Source: an uncultured Clostridia bacterium
GTDB taxonomy: Bacteria; Bacillota; Clostridia; UMGS1840
DNA length: 40,574 bases
NCBI GenBank assembly: GCA_938044725.1
Contig: CALIOW010000258.1
Span: 1-40,574 of the forward strand
Direction: 5' to 3'
A model generated the notes under the pieces. That model saw nothing but the letters and a program-made list of their open reading frames with translations, searched no databases and had not been told where the DNA came from. Positions 1 to 8,796 of this stretch are shown here, one piece after another (position 1 is the first letter of the stretch; the number at the start of each line of letters is the position of its first letter). Made by a program: the position numbers and the translations under genes.

Positions 1-218
1 GAGCTTTTTAATATGGATTTTGACGGTCTTCCTATCGGAGAAATAACCGAAAAGCCTGCATGTTTGAACGTTTTCTCAAAATCGGTGAAAAAAATTACGA
101 AATAAACGGTAAAATCCGCGAAACGGATACGGCGGCGCAAATTCGGGACGACCGCGCATATGTTCCGCTCCGTGCTATCGCAGAGCTTCTGGGTTACAAT
201 GTTGTTTATCTTCCTTAA
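1..218 (+). pseudogene. 3' end of a gene with a copper-amine-oxidase-N-terminal-like (stalk) repeat; the reading frame appears split
   Basis: The frame ending at TAA 216-218 reads FLKIGEKNYEINGKIRETDTAAQIRDDRAYVPLRAIAELLGYNVVYLP*, which has the typical RxYVPLRxIAExLG signature. That frame is closed by TGA 21-23, while the frame open from base 1 stops at TAA 103-105. Confidence 0.4.
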
Positions 219-222
219 AAAG

Positions 223-262
223 AAAAAAAGGCATACGGAAAAATAAATCCGTATGCCTTTTT
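223..262. terminator. Bidirectional intrinsic terminator between the upstream fragment and clpB
   Basis: A 9-bp GC-rich stem (GGCATACGG / CCGTATGCC) is flanked by an A-run on the left and a T-run on the right. It lies directly after the clpB stop at 264-266. Confidence 0.8.
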
Positions 263-263
263 A

Positions 264-2849
264 TTACTTTTCGGAAACGTTGAGTTTGCCGTCTTTTGCG
301 TCAACCAAAAATACTGTGCCGGGTTCGGGGTCTGCCGAAATGATAAGCTTGGAGACTGCCGTTTCAATTTCCTTTTGGATATATCTTTTAAGCGGTCTTG
401 CGCCGTAAACGGGGTCATAAGCCGTATCGGCGATAAAGCCTTTTGCTTCGGGAGTAACCTCGATTTTAAGCTGTTTGTCAAGGAGACGTTTTTCGAGCTT
501 ACCTAAAAGCAAGTCGATAATGTGCGTGATTTCCGTCTTTGTAAGCGGTTTATAGAACACTATATCGTCAAGTCTGTTGAGAAATTCGGGACGGAAGTGA
601 GCCTTTATAAGTCTGTCAACTTCGTCTCTGTTTTCTTTCTTGATTTCGCCGTTTTCGTCTATGCCGTCCAAAATGCAGTCGCTTCCGATATTTGACGTCA
701 TAATTATTACGGTATTCTTAAAATCGACCGTTCTGCCCTGCGAATCCGTACATCTGCCGTCGTCGAGGATTTGGAGCAGAATATTGAACACGTCGGGGTG
801 AGCCTTTTCGATTTCGTCAAAAAGGATAACGCTGTACGGTTTTCTTCTTACCGCTTCGGTAAGCTGACCGCCCTCTTCATAGCCCACATATCCCGGAGGC
901 GCGCCGATAAGACGGGACACGCTGAATTTTTCCATATATTCTGTCATGTCTATTCTTATGATGTTGCGTTCATCGTCAAACAGCGCTTCGGCAAGCGTTT
1001 TTGCAAGCTCTGTTTTACCTACGCCCGTAGGTCCCACAAACATAAACGAGCCTATAGGTCTTGACGGATCGCATATGCCCGCTCTTGACCTTAAAATTGC
1101 ATCCGAAACCTTTGTTACGGCTTCGTCCTGACCGATAACCCTCTTATGAAGGATGTTTTCCAGATTCATAAGCTTTTCTCTTTCTCCCTCCATAAGCTTC
1201 GATACGGGGATACCCGTCCAGCGGCAAATGATTTTTGCGATTTCCTCGTCCGTAACCTTATCATGGAGAAGTGTGGACGCATGGCTTAATTTTTCTTTTT
1301 CTTCGAGCTCTTTTTTCAGTTCGGGCAAACGTCCGTACTGAAGCTCTGCGGCTTTCTGCAAATCGTAACTGCGCTTTGCACGGTCAATTTCTGCCGAGGT
1401 TCTGTCTATTTCCTCACGCAGACGCTGTACATCGCCGATTGATTTCTTCTCGTTTTCCCATTTTACTTTCATGTTTTTGAATTTATCACGAAGCTCCGCA
1501 AGCTCTTCGCGCAGGTTCTTAAGACGCTCCATTGAAAGCTTATCGGTTTCGTTTTTCAATGCCGCTTCTTCAATTTCAAGCTGCATTATTTTTCTTGAAA
1601 TATCCTCCATCTCGACAGGCATTGAATCCATCTGCGTTCTTATGAGCGCACAGGCTTCATCTACCAGGTCGATAGCCTTATCGGGGAGAAATCTGTCCGT
1701 TATATATCTGTTTGAAAGCACGGCGGCGCTGATTAATGCCGCATCTTGAATTTTTACGCCGTGGAATATTTCGTATTTTTCTTTTATACCTCTTAAAATC
1801 GAGATTGTATCCTCAACGGTAGGCTCGGAAACCATAACGGGCTGAAATCTTCTTTCAAGCGCCGCGTCCTTTTCGATATACTGTCTGTATTCGTTGAGCG
1901 TTGTTGCGCCTATACAATGAAGTTCGCCCCTTGCAAGCATAGGCTTTAACAAGTTGCCTGCGTCCATTGCGCCGTCGGTCTTGCCTGCTCCGACTATTGT
2001 ATGAAGTTCATCTATGAAAAGTATAATCTTGCCGTCGGATTTTTTAACCTCATTAAGGACGGCTTTCAGACGTTCCTCAAATTCGCCTCTGAATTTTGCG
2101 CCTGCGATAAGAGCGCCCATATCGAGCGAAAATATTGTCTTTTCTTTAAGACCCGCGGGTACGTCCCCCTTTACGATACGAAGCGCAAGCCCTTCGGCTA
2201 TAGCCGTTTTTCCGACGCCCGGTTCACCGATTAAAACAGGGTTGTTTTTCGTCTTACGGGACAAAATACGTATTACGTTACGAATTTCGTTATCTCTGCC
2301 GATTACGGGGTCAAGCTTATTCATACGTGCAAGCTCCACAAGGTCGCTGCCGTATTTTTTGAGTACGTCATACGTATCTTCGGGGTTATCCGAGGTAACT
2401 CTCGAATTTCCTCTTACAGTCTGCAAAGCCTCCAAAAACTTTGCTTTCGTTACGTTATATTTTGTAAAAAGCTTTTTCGTAAAGTCTGATTTCTTTTCTA
2501 TCATGCCGAGAACGATATGCTCAACGGACACGTACTCGTCCTTCATGGAAGCCGCCGTTTTTTCGGCTTGATTCAAGGACAATTCCAAGGTATTTGAAAT
2601 ATATAAATTGTTATCGTTTTTGTTGCCGAGTTTCGGAAGAGCCTCGATAGCTTTTAGCGTTTCTCTCTTTATGCCCGCAACATCACAGCCCATTTTTATA
2701 AAAAGCTGAGGTACAAGACCGCTTTCGTCATTAATAAGCGCAAAAAGAAGATGCGCTTCTTCGATTGCGGGGTTGCCGTATTCAAGCGACAGGCTTTTTG
2801 CCTCGTTTATCGCTTCCATTGATTTTTGAGTGAATTTTTGAATGTTCAT
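264..2849 (-). CDS. clpB: ATP-dependent chaperone/disaggregase ClpB
   Basis: Two AAA+ modules (GEPGVGKT and GPTGVGKT Walker A) are separated by a long coiled-coil middle domain. Start set at ATG 2849 ([10 protein letters not shown]), which has a GGGGGA RBS; the track start at 2885 has none. Confidence 0.95.
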   Translation of the reverse strand: MNIQKFTQKSMEAINEAKSLSLEYGNPAIEEAHLLFALINDESGLVPQLFIKMGCDVAGIKRETLKAIEALPKLGNKNDNNLYISNTLELSLNQAEKTAASMKDEYVSVEHIVLGMIEKKSDFTKKLFTKYNVTKAKFLEALQTVRGNSRVTSDNPEDTYDVLKKYGSDLVELARMNKLDPVIGRDNEIRNVIRILSRKTKNNPVLIGEPGVGKTAIAEGLALRIVKGDVPAGLKEKTIFSLDMGALIAGAKFRGEFEERLKAVLNEVKKSDGKIILFIDELHTIVGAGKTDGAMDAGNLLKPMLARGELHCIGATTLNEYRQYIEKDAALERRFQPVMVSEPTVEDTISILRGIKEKYEIFHGVKIQDAALISAAVLSNRYITDRFLPDKAIDLVDEACALIRTQMDSMPVEMEDISRKIMQLEIEEAALKNETDKLSMERLKNLREELAELRDKFKNMKVKWENEKKSIGDVQRLREEIDRTSAEIDRAKRSYDLQKAAELQYGRLPELKKELEEKEKLSHASTLLHDKVTDEEIAKIICRWTGIPVSKLMEGEREKLMNLENILHKRVIGQDEAVTKVSDAILRSRAGICDPSRPIGSFMFVGPTGVGKTELAKTLAEALFDDERNIIRIDMTEYMEKFSVSRLIGAPPGYVGYEEGGQLTEAVRRKPYSVILFDEIEKAHPDVFNILLQILDDGRCTDSQGRTVDFKNTVIIMTSNIGSDCILDGIDENGEIKKENRDEVDRLIKAHFRPEFLNRLDDIVFYKPLTKTEITHIIDLLLGKLEKRLLDKQLKIEVTPEAKGFIADTAYDPVYGARPLKRYIQKEIETAVSKLIISADPEPGTVFLVDAKDGKLNVSEK

Positions 2850-3021
2850 AAAAAATCCCCCTTCCGCCGCCCTGCATCGGCACAAATATTAATTAAATTT
2901 CCCTTATCGGCAGGGCAAGGAATGACAAGGGATTTTTTAACCATGTGTGTTTCTGCAAGAAATCACACGGATACTGTAAATTGAAGCATTTGCGTGAAAA
3001 GAGATTTCACGCATACCTCCT

Positions 3022-3678
3022 TTATAATATCACATCTGCGTGCTTAAGATAATTCTCATACATTTTTACCATATCCGCCCGAGGTGATACCCCGTTTAAG
3101 ATACAGTCAAAATAACGCTTCGTCATGGAATCGAGATTATCTATATAAGCGCTCACGCTTTTTCCTATAACTTCATCAGCATTTTCATCATCGGCTCCTA
3201 TTAAAAATTTTCTTAAAAGATAGCCGTTTGAAAACTCATGAAGCTTCTGACCGTGAAAGTCGAGAAGCCTTTTTTCCGTTTCGGAAAACAGCTTAAAAAA
3301 GTCGTTCATAGCCGATATAAGCTCGCCGTTTTGCGTGCGTATCCCTGCTTTTATGCTTCCGAAGCAGTGTCGGTTGTTTTTGAAAAGCGCAACGTTATAT
3401 TTTATAACGGGGTTATATTTATACCGAAGTGCGCTTTTTACTATAAACACCGAATCCGCCGCCGCAGGCTGAATTTTAAATTCGGGAAAAAGCTTGATTG
3501 AATCCTCCAGGCTTTTGAGTATTTGCTTAATTCTCACCTCCGGAGTTGTGAGTGATAAATATTCCGCCAAAATCTCGTTTATTATGCCCGAACGATTTTT
3601 ATTAAGTTTGTATGCAAGTTTATCAGCTTCTTTCACAACTTCGTCCGATAATACAAGAGAATACACGGATTTTTTCAT
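3022..3678 (-). CDS. Ribbon-helix-helix (CopG/Arc-like) N-terminal domain protein with an uncharacterised ~170-aa C-terminal domain
   Basis: 218-aa ORF. The N-terminus SVYSLVLSDEVVKEADKLAYKLNKNRSGIINEILAEYL fits a beta-strand plus two helices RHH pattern. It has its own consensus promoter. I do not recognise the rest. Confidence 0.6.
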   Translation of the reverse strand: MKKSVYSLVLSDEVVKEADKLAYKLNKNRSGIINEILAEYLSLTTPEVRIKQILKSLEDSIKLFPEFKIQPAAADSVFIVKSALRYKYNPVIKYNVALFKNNRHCFGSIKAGIRTQNGELISAMNDFFKLFSETEKRLLDFHGQKLHEFSNGYLLRKFLIGADDENADEVIGKSVSAYIDNLDSMTKRYFDCILNGVSPRADMVKMYENYLKHADVIL

Positions 3679-3713
3679 TTTATCCCACGCTCCTTTCGCC
3701 TTGGATTATAATA

Positions 3714-3742
3714 AGTATAACACAAACTTAATAATTTGTCAA
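3714..3742 (-). promoter_or_regulatory. SigA-type promoter of the RHH-protein gene
   Basis: On the minus strand: TTGACA (3742-3737), a 17-nt spacer ending in TGT, then TATACT (3719-3714). This is about 35 nt upstream of ATG 3678. Confidence 0.7.
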
Positions 3743-3760
3743 TAGTTTTATATAAAAAAG

Positions 3761-3820
3761 TATACAAATTTTTAAGAATCACCAAAATGAAAATTTGTAT
3801 ATTTTGAAAATTTGCAAATA
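3761..3820. repeat. 12-bp perfect inverted repeat plus a tandem 15-nt direct repeat upstream of the RHH-gene promoter (candidate operator)
   Basis: TATACAAATTTT (3761-3772) pairs with AAAATTTGTATA (3790-3801). GAAAATTTGTATAT (3789-3802) is repeated as GAAAATTTGCAAAT (3806-3819). Confidence 0.6.
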
Positions 3821-3860
3821 TAAAAAAACAGCCGTCCCGCAAAAAAACGGGGCGGCTGTT
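3821..3860 (-). terminator. Intrinsic terminator of the small Q/N-rich ORF
   Basis: On the minus strand a 12-bp stem (ACAGCCGCCCCG / CGGGACGGCTGT, one G-U pair) is followed by a TTTTTT tail. It lies 15 nt after the stop at 3875-3877. Confidence 0.8.
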
Positions 3861-3874
3861 TCTATGAAAAAATA

Positions 3875-4003
3875 CTAATTGTTTTCGTTCTGATACTGCT
3901 GGTTCTGCTGCTGATTCTGACGGTTTTGCTGATTCTGACTGTTATTCTGCTGCTGTTGCTGTTGCTGCTGATTGTTTTTCTTTACGTTATTTTCTTTTGA
4001 CAT
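3875..4003 (-). CDS. Unannotated 42-aa Q/N-rich small protein (MSKENNVKKNNQQQQQQQQNNSQNQQNRQNQQQNQQYQNENN)
   Basis: Hand translation of the minus strand: ATG at 4003 and TAG at 3877-3875, with a GAAAGG RBS about 8 nt upstream and its own terminator. It is absent from the ORF track because it is under 60 aa. Confidence 0.6.
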   Translation of the reverse strand: MSKENNVKKNNQQQQQQQQNNSQNQQNRQNQQQNQQYQNENN

Positions 4004-4143
4004 AATAAAGCCTTTCTGCCCTTTTATTTATTTCATATTCGGGCTTGATATGAAATTCTATATTAATTATTACCGAAAAAAATAAAATAATACATAAAAG
4101 CATAAAATAAAAATATCTCATTAAAAAAATTTTAAAAAATATG

Positions 4144-4172
4144 TTGCAATTTAAAAGTAATTGTGCTATAAT
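4144..4172 (+). promoter_or_regulatory. SigA-type promoter of trkA-trkH-tatD
   Basis: TTGCAA (4144-4149), a 17-nt spacer, then TGc-TATAAT (extended -10, 4167-4172). AGGAG RBS at about 4191. Confidence 0.75.
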
Positions 4173-4206
4173 GCAGATATATTTTTCCAAAGGAGATGGA
4201 TTTTAA

Positions 4207-5565
4207 TTGAAAATTGTTATTGTCGGAGACGGAAAAATAGGCGGAACGCTTTGCGAACAACTCGAAAACGAGGGGCATGACATCACCATGATTGACAACG
4301 ATGAACGAGCCATAAAGGCGCTTTCCGACGCAAAGGATGTTCTTTGTATTCAGGGAAACGGCGCTCTTTACAGCGTTCAGCTTGAGGCAGGCGTTGACAA
4401 TTGCGACCTTTTTATATGTTGTACCTCAAAAGACGAGCTCAATATGCTTTGCTGTCTGCTTGCGAAAAAGCTCGGAGCAAAAAGAACCATTGCCAGAGTA
4501 CGAAATCCCGAATTTGACGCACAACTGGGTTATGTTAAGGAAGAACTTGGTCTCAGCATGGGGCTTAATCCCGAACTTGCTGCGGCGCGTGAAATTTCAA
4601 GACTTCTCATATTCCCCGCGGCAACAAAGCTTGAGGTTTTCGCAAAAGGCAGAGTAGAACTTGCGGAAGCGAGAATCTCCGAGAAGGGCGAACTCGAAGG
4701 CTTATCGCTTTCCGATATATACAGAAGCTACAAAATAAAAATTCTTGTATGCGCCGTTCAGAGAGGAAATGAAATAATAATCCCAACGGGCGATTTTCAG
4801 CTTAAAGCAGGCGACAGAATTCACCTTACCGCTCCTCATGAAGAAATAGAGAAGTTTTTCAGAATAATAGGCTACGAAAAACGAAAAATAAAAAACGTAC
4901 TCGTTTTGGGCGGCGGAAAAATCAGCTTTTATCTTGCGAGATTGCTTGAAAAAACGGGTATGAACATAAAAATAATAGAAAGCGATTACAAAAAATGTGA
5001 GGAACTTAACGAACTTCTCCCCGAAGCTACGGTTATCCACGGAGACGGAACAGACCACGAACTCCTCATCGACGAGGGCATCGAATTTGCCGACGCATTT
5101 TTGGCGCTTACGGGTATAGATGAAGAAAATATCATCGTTTCCATGTATGCGCAAAGCTGCGGAGTTAAAAAAGTGATAACAAAGGTCAGCCGTGATTCGT
5201 ATGTGGAAATGGCGGACAGAATAGACCTTGACAGCGTTATAACTCCGAAAAACATTGTTTCAAACAACGTTGTAGCGTTTGTAAGAGCAATGCAGAACTC
5301 AATCGACAGAAACAAGGTTGAAACGATTTACCGTCTTTTGGGAAACAAGGTTTTGGCTCTTGAATTTATCGTAAACGAAAAGGCGAAATATGTGGACGTA
5401 CCGCTTAAGGACTTAAAAACAAAGAGCGACGCGCTTATTGCATGCATTGTAAGGAAAAGGAAAACCATTATCCCTGACGGTAACACGGAAATAAAAATGG
5501 GCGATACGGTTATTATAGTTACTAAAAACATGAGATTTTCCGATTTGTCGGATATGCTTGCATAA
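4207..5565 (+). CDS. trkA: Potassium uptake protein TrkA (tandem RCK NAD-binding subunit)
   Basis: Two Rossmann motifs (VIVGDGKIGG and VLGGGKISF), each followed by an RCK_C-like segment. TTG start with an RBS. trkH is adjacent. Confidence 0.9.
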   Translation: MKIVIVGDGKIGGTLCEQLENEGHDITMIDNDERAIKALSDAKDVLCIQGNGALYSVQLEAGVDNCDLFICCTSKDELNMLCCLLAKKLGAKRTIARVRNPEFDAQLGYVKEELGLSMGLNPELAAAREISRLLIFPAATKLEVFAKGRVELAEARISEKGELEGLSLSDIYRSYKIKILVCAVQRGNEIIIPTGDFQLKAGDRIHLTAPHEEIEKFFRIIGYEKRKIKNVLVLGGGKISFYLARLLEKTGMNIKIIESDYKKCEELNELLPEATVIHGDGTDHELLIDEGIEFADAFLALTGIDEENIIVSMYAQSCGVKKVITKVSRDSYVEMADRIDLDSVITPKNIVSNNVVAFVRAMQNSIDRNKVETIYRLLGNKVLALEFIVNEKAKYVDVPLKDLKTKSDALIACIVRKRKTIIPDGNTEIKMGDTVIIVTKNMRFSDLSDMLA

Positions 5566-5577
5566 AGAGGTACTGCC

Positions 5578-7029
5578 ATGAACAAAAGACTTATTATAAA
5601 AAATTTAAGCAAGCTTATGACGGCGGAAGCGTTTCTCATGCTTTTGCCCGCTCTTGTAAGCGTTATATACAAGGAATACAGAATAGCAATAATCTTCACG
5701 CTCACGGCGGCTGTTATTTTTGCGCTGTTTCTTCCGCTTTCGCTTGTTATTCCGAGAGGTAACAAGATTTATGCGAAAGAGGGCTTTGCGATAGTTGCAC
5801 TTGCATGGATAACTTGGTCTTTGGCAGGCGCTGTTCCCTTTTATATAAGCGGTGTTATCCCGAATTATATCGATTGCTTTTTTGAAACCGTTTCGGGTCT
5901 TACCACAACGGGCGCAACAATTCTCACCGAAATAACCTCACTCCCCAAAGGCATACTTTTTTGGAGAAGCTTTACGCATTGGATTGGCGGAATGGGCGTT
6001 TTGGTTTTTGTTATGGCGGTGGTGCGCTTATCCGAAAACAGTATGAACCTGATGCGTGCGGAAGTGCCGGGTCCCACGGTCGGAAAGCTTGTTCCGAGAG
6101 GTGGAAAATCTGCAAAAATTCTTTACGGAATGTATCTTGCTCTCACGCTTTTGGAAATCGTTTTCCTGCTTTTGGGAAAAATGCCGCTTTTTGACAGCAT
6201 AAATCATGCGTTTTCCAATGCGGGAACAGGCGGATTCAGCATAAAAAACGAAAGCATCGCTTACTATAACAGCGCTTATATTGACGGCGTTATCACAGTT
6301 TTTATGTTTTTGTTCGGCGTAAACTTCAATATATACTATTTCATAATATTGAAAAACTTAAGAGCTGCATTTAAGGACGAAGAGTTAAAGGTTTATTTCG
6401 CCGTTGTTGCCTGCTTTACGCTGATTATTTCCTTTAACATTCTTCCGCTTTACAAAGGCTTTGGCGAAGCATTCAGATATGCGTCTTTCCAGGTTTGCTC
6501 CGTTATCAGCACAACAGGTTTTATTACGTATGATTTTACGCTCTGGCCGCAATTATCGCAAATGCTTCTTCTGTTTCTTATGATTACGGGCGCTTGCGCA
6601 GGCTCGACAGGCGGCGGAATCAAAATTATACGTGTGGTTATGCTTTCAAAAATGATAAAAACCGAATGTAAAAATTTGCTTAACCCAAGAGAAGTGCACC
6701 AAATAAAAATAAACGGAAAAGCCGTACAGCCTGCCGTAGTACGCGGAAGCGCAACATTTTTTATAATATATTTCGCCGTGCTTGTTTCGTCCGTGTTTGC
6801 CATTTCGACTTTTAATGTGGATTTGGTAAAAAACCTGTCCTCCGTTATGACCTGCATAGGAAATGTCGGACCGGGCTTAGGAAAAATAGTCGGACCCGTC
6901 GGCAATTTCAGCACGCTTCCCGAATTTGTAAAAATCGTGCTTTGCGCCGATATGCTTTTTGGACGTCTTGAATTTTTCCCGATTATTATGATTTTCTCCC
7001 CTCGTCTTTGGAGCAGAAAGTTTTTATAG
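5578..7029 (+). CDS. trkH: TrkH-family potassium transporter membrane subunit
   Basis: 483-aa polytopic protein with four glycine-containing pore-loop motifs: TTTGATIL, NAGTGGFS, GSTGGGIK and IGNVGPG. Confidence 0.9.
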   Translation: MNKRLIIKNLSKLMTAEAFLMLLPALVSVIYKEYRIAIIFTLTAAVIFALFLPLSLVIPRGNKIYAKEGFAIVALAWITWSLAGAVPFYISGVIPNYIDCFFETVSGLTTTGATILTEITSLPKGILFWRSFTHWIGGMGVLVFVMAVVRLSENSMNLMRAEVPGPTVGKLVPRGGKSAKILYGMYLALTLLEIVFLLLGKMPLFDSINHAFSNAGTGGFSIKNESIAYYNSAYIDGVITVFMFLFGVNFNIYYFIILKNLRAAFKDEELKVYFAVVACFTLIISFNILPLYKGFGEAFRYASFQVCSVISTTGFITYDFTLWPQLSQMLLLFLMITGACAGSTGGGIKIIRVVMLSKMIKTECKNLLNPREVHQIKINGKAVQPAVVRGSATFFIIYFAVLVSSVFAISTFNVDLVKNLSSVMTCIGNVGPGLGKIVGPVGNFSTLPEFVKIVLCADMLFGRLEFFPIIMIFSPRLWSRKFL

Positions 7030-7043
7030 GAAAGAGTGATAAA

Positions 7044-7817
7044 ATGATATTCGATACACACAGCCATTATGATGACGAAGCGTTCAACGCCGACCGTTTT
7101 ACACTTTTGGAAAGCATGAAGGAAAACGGTATAGGCACGATTGTTTCAATCGGCTGCGACGATATAACCTCACAGAATGCACAGGCGCTTTCGGAAAAAT
7201 ATCCGTTTGTATACTTCACGGCAGGCTATCACCCCGAATTTGCCGAAAAATATGACGATAATGCCGAAAAGCTTATTCGCCGTCTTGCGAAAGACAAAAA
7301 AATGGTGGCAATAGGCGAAATCGGGCTTGATTACCATTATGATACGCCCGGCAGAGATATTCAAAAGGAAGTCTTTATAAAGCAAATAAAGCTTGCGCAT
7401 GAGCTTGATTTGCCAATTGCAATACACTGCCGCGACGCTGTGGGGGACGTTATGGAAATAATTCGGAAGTACCCTGCGCGCGGAATTTTTCATTGCTACA
7501 GCGGAAGTAAAGAAACGGCGCAAGAAATTCTAAAACTCGGCTATTACATCTCATTTTCGGGAACGGTTACGTTCAAAAATGCAAAAAACGTTAAAGAAAC
7601 GGCAAAAACAGTGCCGTCTGACAGATATCTTTGCGAAACGGACTGTCCGTATCTTTCCCCCGAACCGAACAGAGGAAAAAGAAACGACTCGAAAAATCTC
7701 GTTTATATATTGAAAAAGCTTGCCGAAATCCGAGGAATTTCATATGAACAAGCGGTTTTCGAAAACGAAGAAAACGCAAAAAAAATCTATGGAATTTCAC
7801 AGCACAAAAACTTATGA
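7044..7817 (+). CDS. tatD: TatD-family metal-dependent hydrolase/DNase
   Basis: Motifs DTHSHYDD, GEIGLDYHY, IHCRDA, FHCYSG and ETDCPYL. Start set at ATG 7044 (MIFDTHSH) with an AGGAAAGAG RBS; the track start at 7008 overlaps the trkH 3' end. Confidence 0.9.
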   Translation: MIFDTHSHYDDEAFNADRFTLLESMKENGIGTIVSIGCDDITSQNAQALSEKYPFVYFTAGYHPEFAEKYDDNAEKLIRRLAKDKKMVAIGEIGLDYHYDTPGRDIQKEVFIKQIKLAHELDLPIAIHCRDAVGDVMEIIRKYPARGIFHCYSGSKETAQEILKLGYYISFSGTVTFKNAKNVKETAKTVPSDRYLCETDCPYLSPEPNRGKRNDSKNLVYILKKLAEIRGISYEQAVFENEENAKKIYGISQHKNL

Positions 7818-7853
7818 TTATATAAAAGGTCAATTTTTTCAGAGAAAAGATCA

Positions 7854-7882
7854 TTGACTTTTATTATACCATATGGTATAAT
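7854..7882 (+). promoter_or_regulatory. Near-consensus SigA promoter
   Basis: TTGACT (7854-7859), an exactly 17-nt spacer, then TGg-TATAAT (7877-7882). Confidence 0.8.
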
Positions 7883-7902
7883 AAAAATAAAAGGTGAATA
7901 AT

Positions 7903-8742
7903 ATGTACGGAACAAAATTATGCCTGGGTGTAAGCGATAGCTTTGGTTTGACGCAAAAGGAACAAATAAAGCTTATAAAGGAAGCGGGCTTTGACGCTTT
8001 TTTTATAGAATGGAATAAGGATTTAAGCTTGCCCGAAATAAAGGATTATGCCGATTCTCTAAATATTGAAATACAATCCGTTCACGCTCCCTTCACAAAA
8101 TCTGCCAATATGTGGGAAAACGGAAAAAAAGCGGAAGAAGCGGTTAATGAGCTTTTGGATTGTGTAAGCGAGTGTGCCGAAGCCGGTGTTAAAATCGTTG
8201 TATGCCACGCAATTATAGGTTTTGACAGGTTTGAGCCGAACGAGACAGGCGCAGAAAACTTTAAAAAGGTTATTGAAGAAGCTAAAAAGTCGGGAGTAAA
8301 AATCGCCTTTGAAAATACCGAGGGCGAAATGTATTTGAAAAGACTTATGGATGAATTCAAGAATTATGATAATGTAGGTTTTTGCTGGGATTCGGGGCAC
8401 GAACAATGCTACAACCATAGTAAAGATATGCTTGCATTATACGGAGACAGACTCATTGCAACTCACCTAAACGATAATTTGGGAATAAGCGATTTCGATG
8501 GCAAAATCTTTTGGACCGATGACCTTCATCTGTTGCCCTTTGACGGAATTATAGATTGGAAAGACGCAGTTATAAGGCTTAACAAATGCGGTTACAACGG
8601 AATTTTAACACTCGAGTTAAGCAAAACAAGCAAGCCGGGAAGACACGAAAACGATAAGTATGCAAACATGAATATTTCCGAATATATTGCGGAATGCTAC
8701 AACCGCGCCTGCCGAATTGCTTATTTAAAAAGTAACGTATAG
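7903..8742 (+). CDS. Sugar phosphate isomerase/epimerase (xylose-isomerase-like TIM barrel / AP endonuclease 2 family)
   Basis: Metal-ligand-like pattern HAPF, AFENTEG, CWDSGHE and THLNDN. ATG 7903 is preferred over GTG 7894 because of the AAAGGTG RBS spacing. Confidence 0.75.
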   Translation: MYGTKLCLGVSDSFGLTQKEQIKLIKEAGFDAFFIEWNKDLSLPEIKDYADSLNIEIQSVHAPFTKSANMWENGKKAEEAVNELLDCVSECAEAGVKIVVCHAIIGFDRFEPNETGAENFKKVIEEAKKSGVKIAFENTEGEMYLKRLMDEFKNYDNVGFCWDSGHEQCYNHSKDMLALYGDRLIATHLNDNLGISDFDGKIFWTDDLHLLPFDGIIDWKDAVIRLNKCGYNGILTLELSKTSKPGRHENDKYANMNISEYIAECYNRACRIAYLKSNV

Positions 8743-8743
8743 T

Positions 8744-8796
8744 AAAAACCGCCCGTAAGAGGTAGTTTTCGGTCTGACTTTTTGCGGGCGGTTTTT
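8744..8796. terminator. Bidirectional terminator between convergent genes
   Basis: AAAAACCGCCCG (8744-8755) pairs with CGGGCGGTTTTT (8785-8796). The loop is long (29 nt). Confidence 0.6.

Noticed and set aside
771-2571. Several plus-strand ORFs of 60-185 aa inside clpB (for example 2014-2571).
   Set aside because: They are antisense to a confidently identified 861-aa gene. They have low-complexity Ser/Phe-rich translations and no RBS. The same applies to antisense ORFs inside era, thrS, sigA, dnaG, dnaA, the recombinase, the relaxase, ardA and topB (for example 11239-11883, 13329-13784, 14995-15522 and 39700-40197).
2850-3021. CIRCE or CtsR heat-shock operator upstream of clpB.
   Set aside because: There is no TTAGCACTC-N9-GAGTGCTAA and no GGTCAAA tandem repeat on either strand. 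Only short unrelated hairpins are present (GTGTGTTTC/GAAATCACAC and GCGTGAAA/TTTCACGC).
3987-4190. 67-aa minus-strand ORF in the AT-rich gap upstream of trkA.
   Set aside because: It is an Ile/Phe/Leu-rich product of AT-rich DNA. It overlaps the trkA promoter and the start of the better-supported Q/N-rich ORF, and it has no RBS.
4004-4206. Possible c-di-AMP (ydaO-type) or other riboswitch upstream of the K+ transporter genes.
   Set aside because: The consensus promoter at 4144-4172 leaves a 5' UTR of only about 30 nt. The rest of the gap is nearly pure A/T with no conserved helices.
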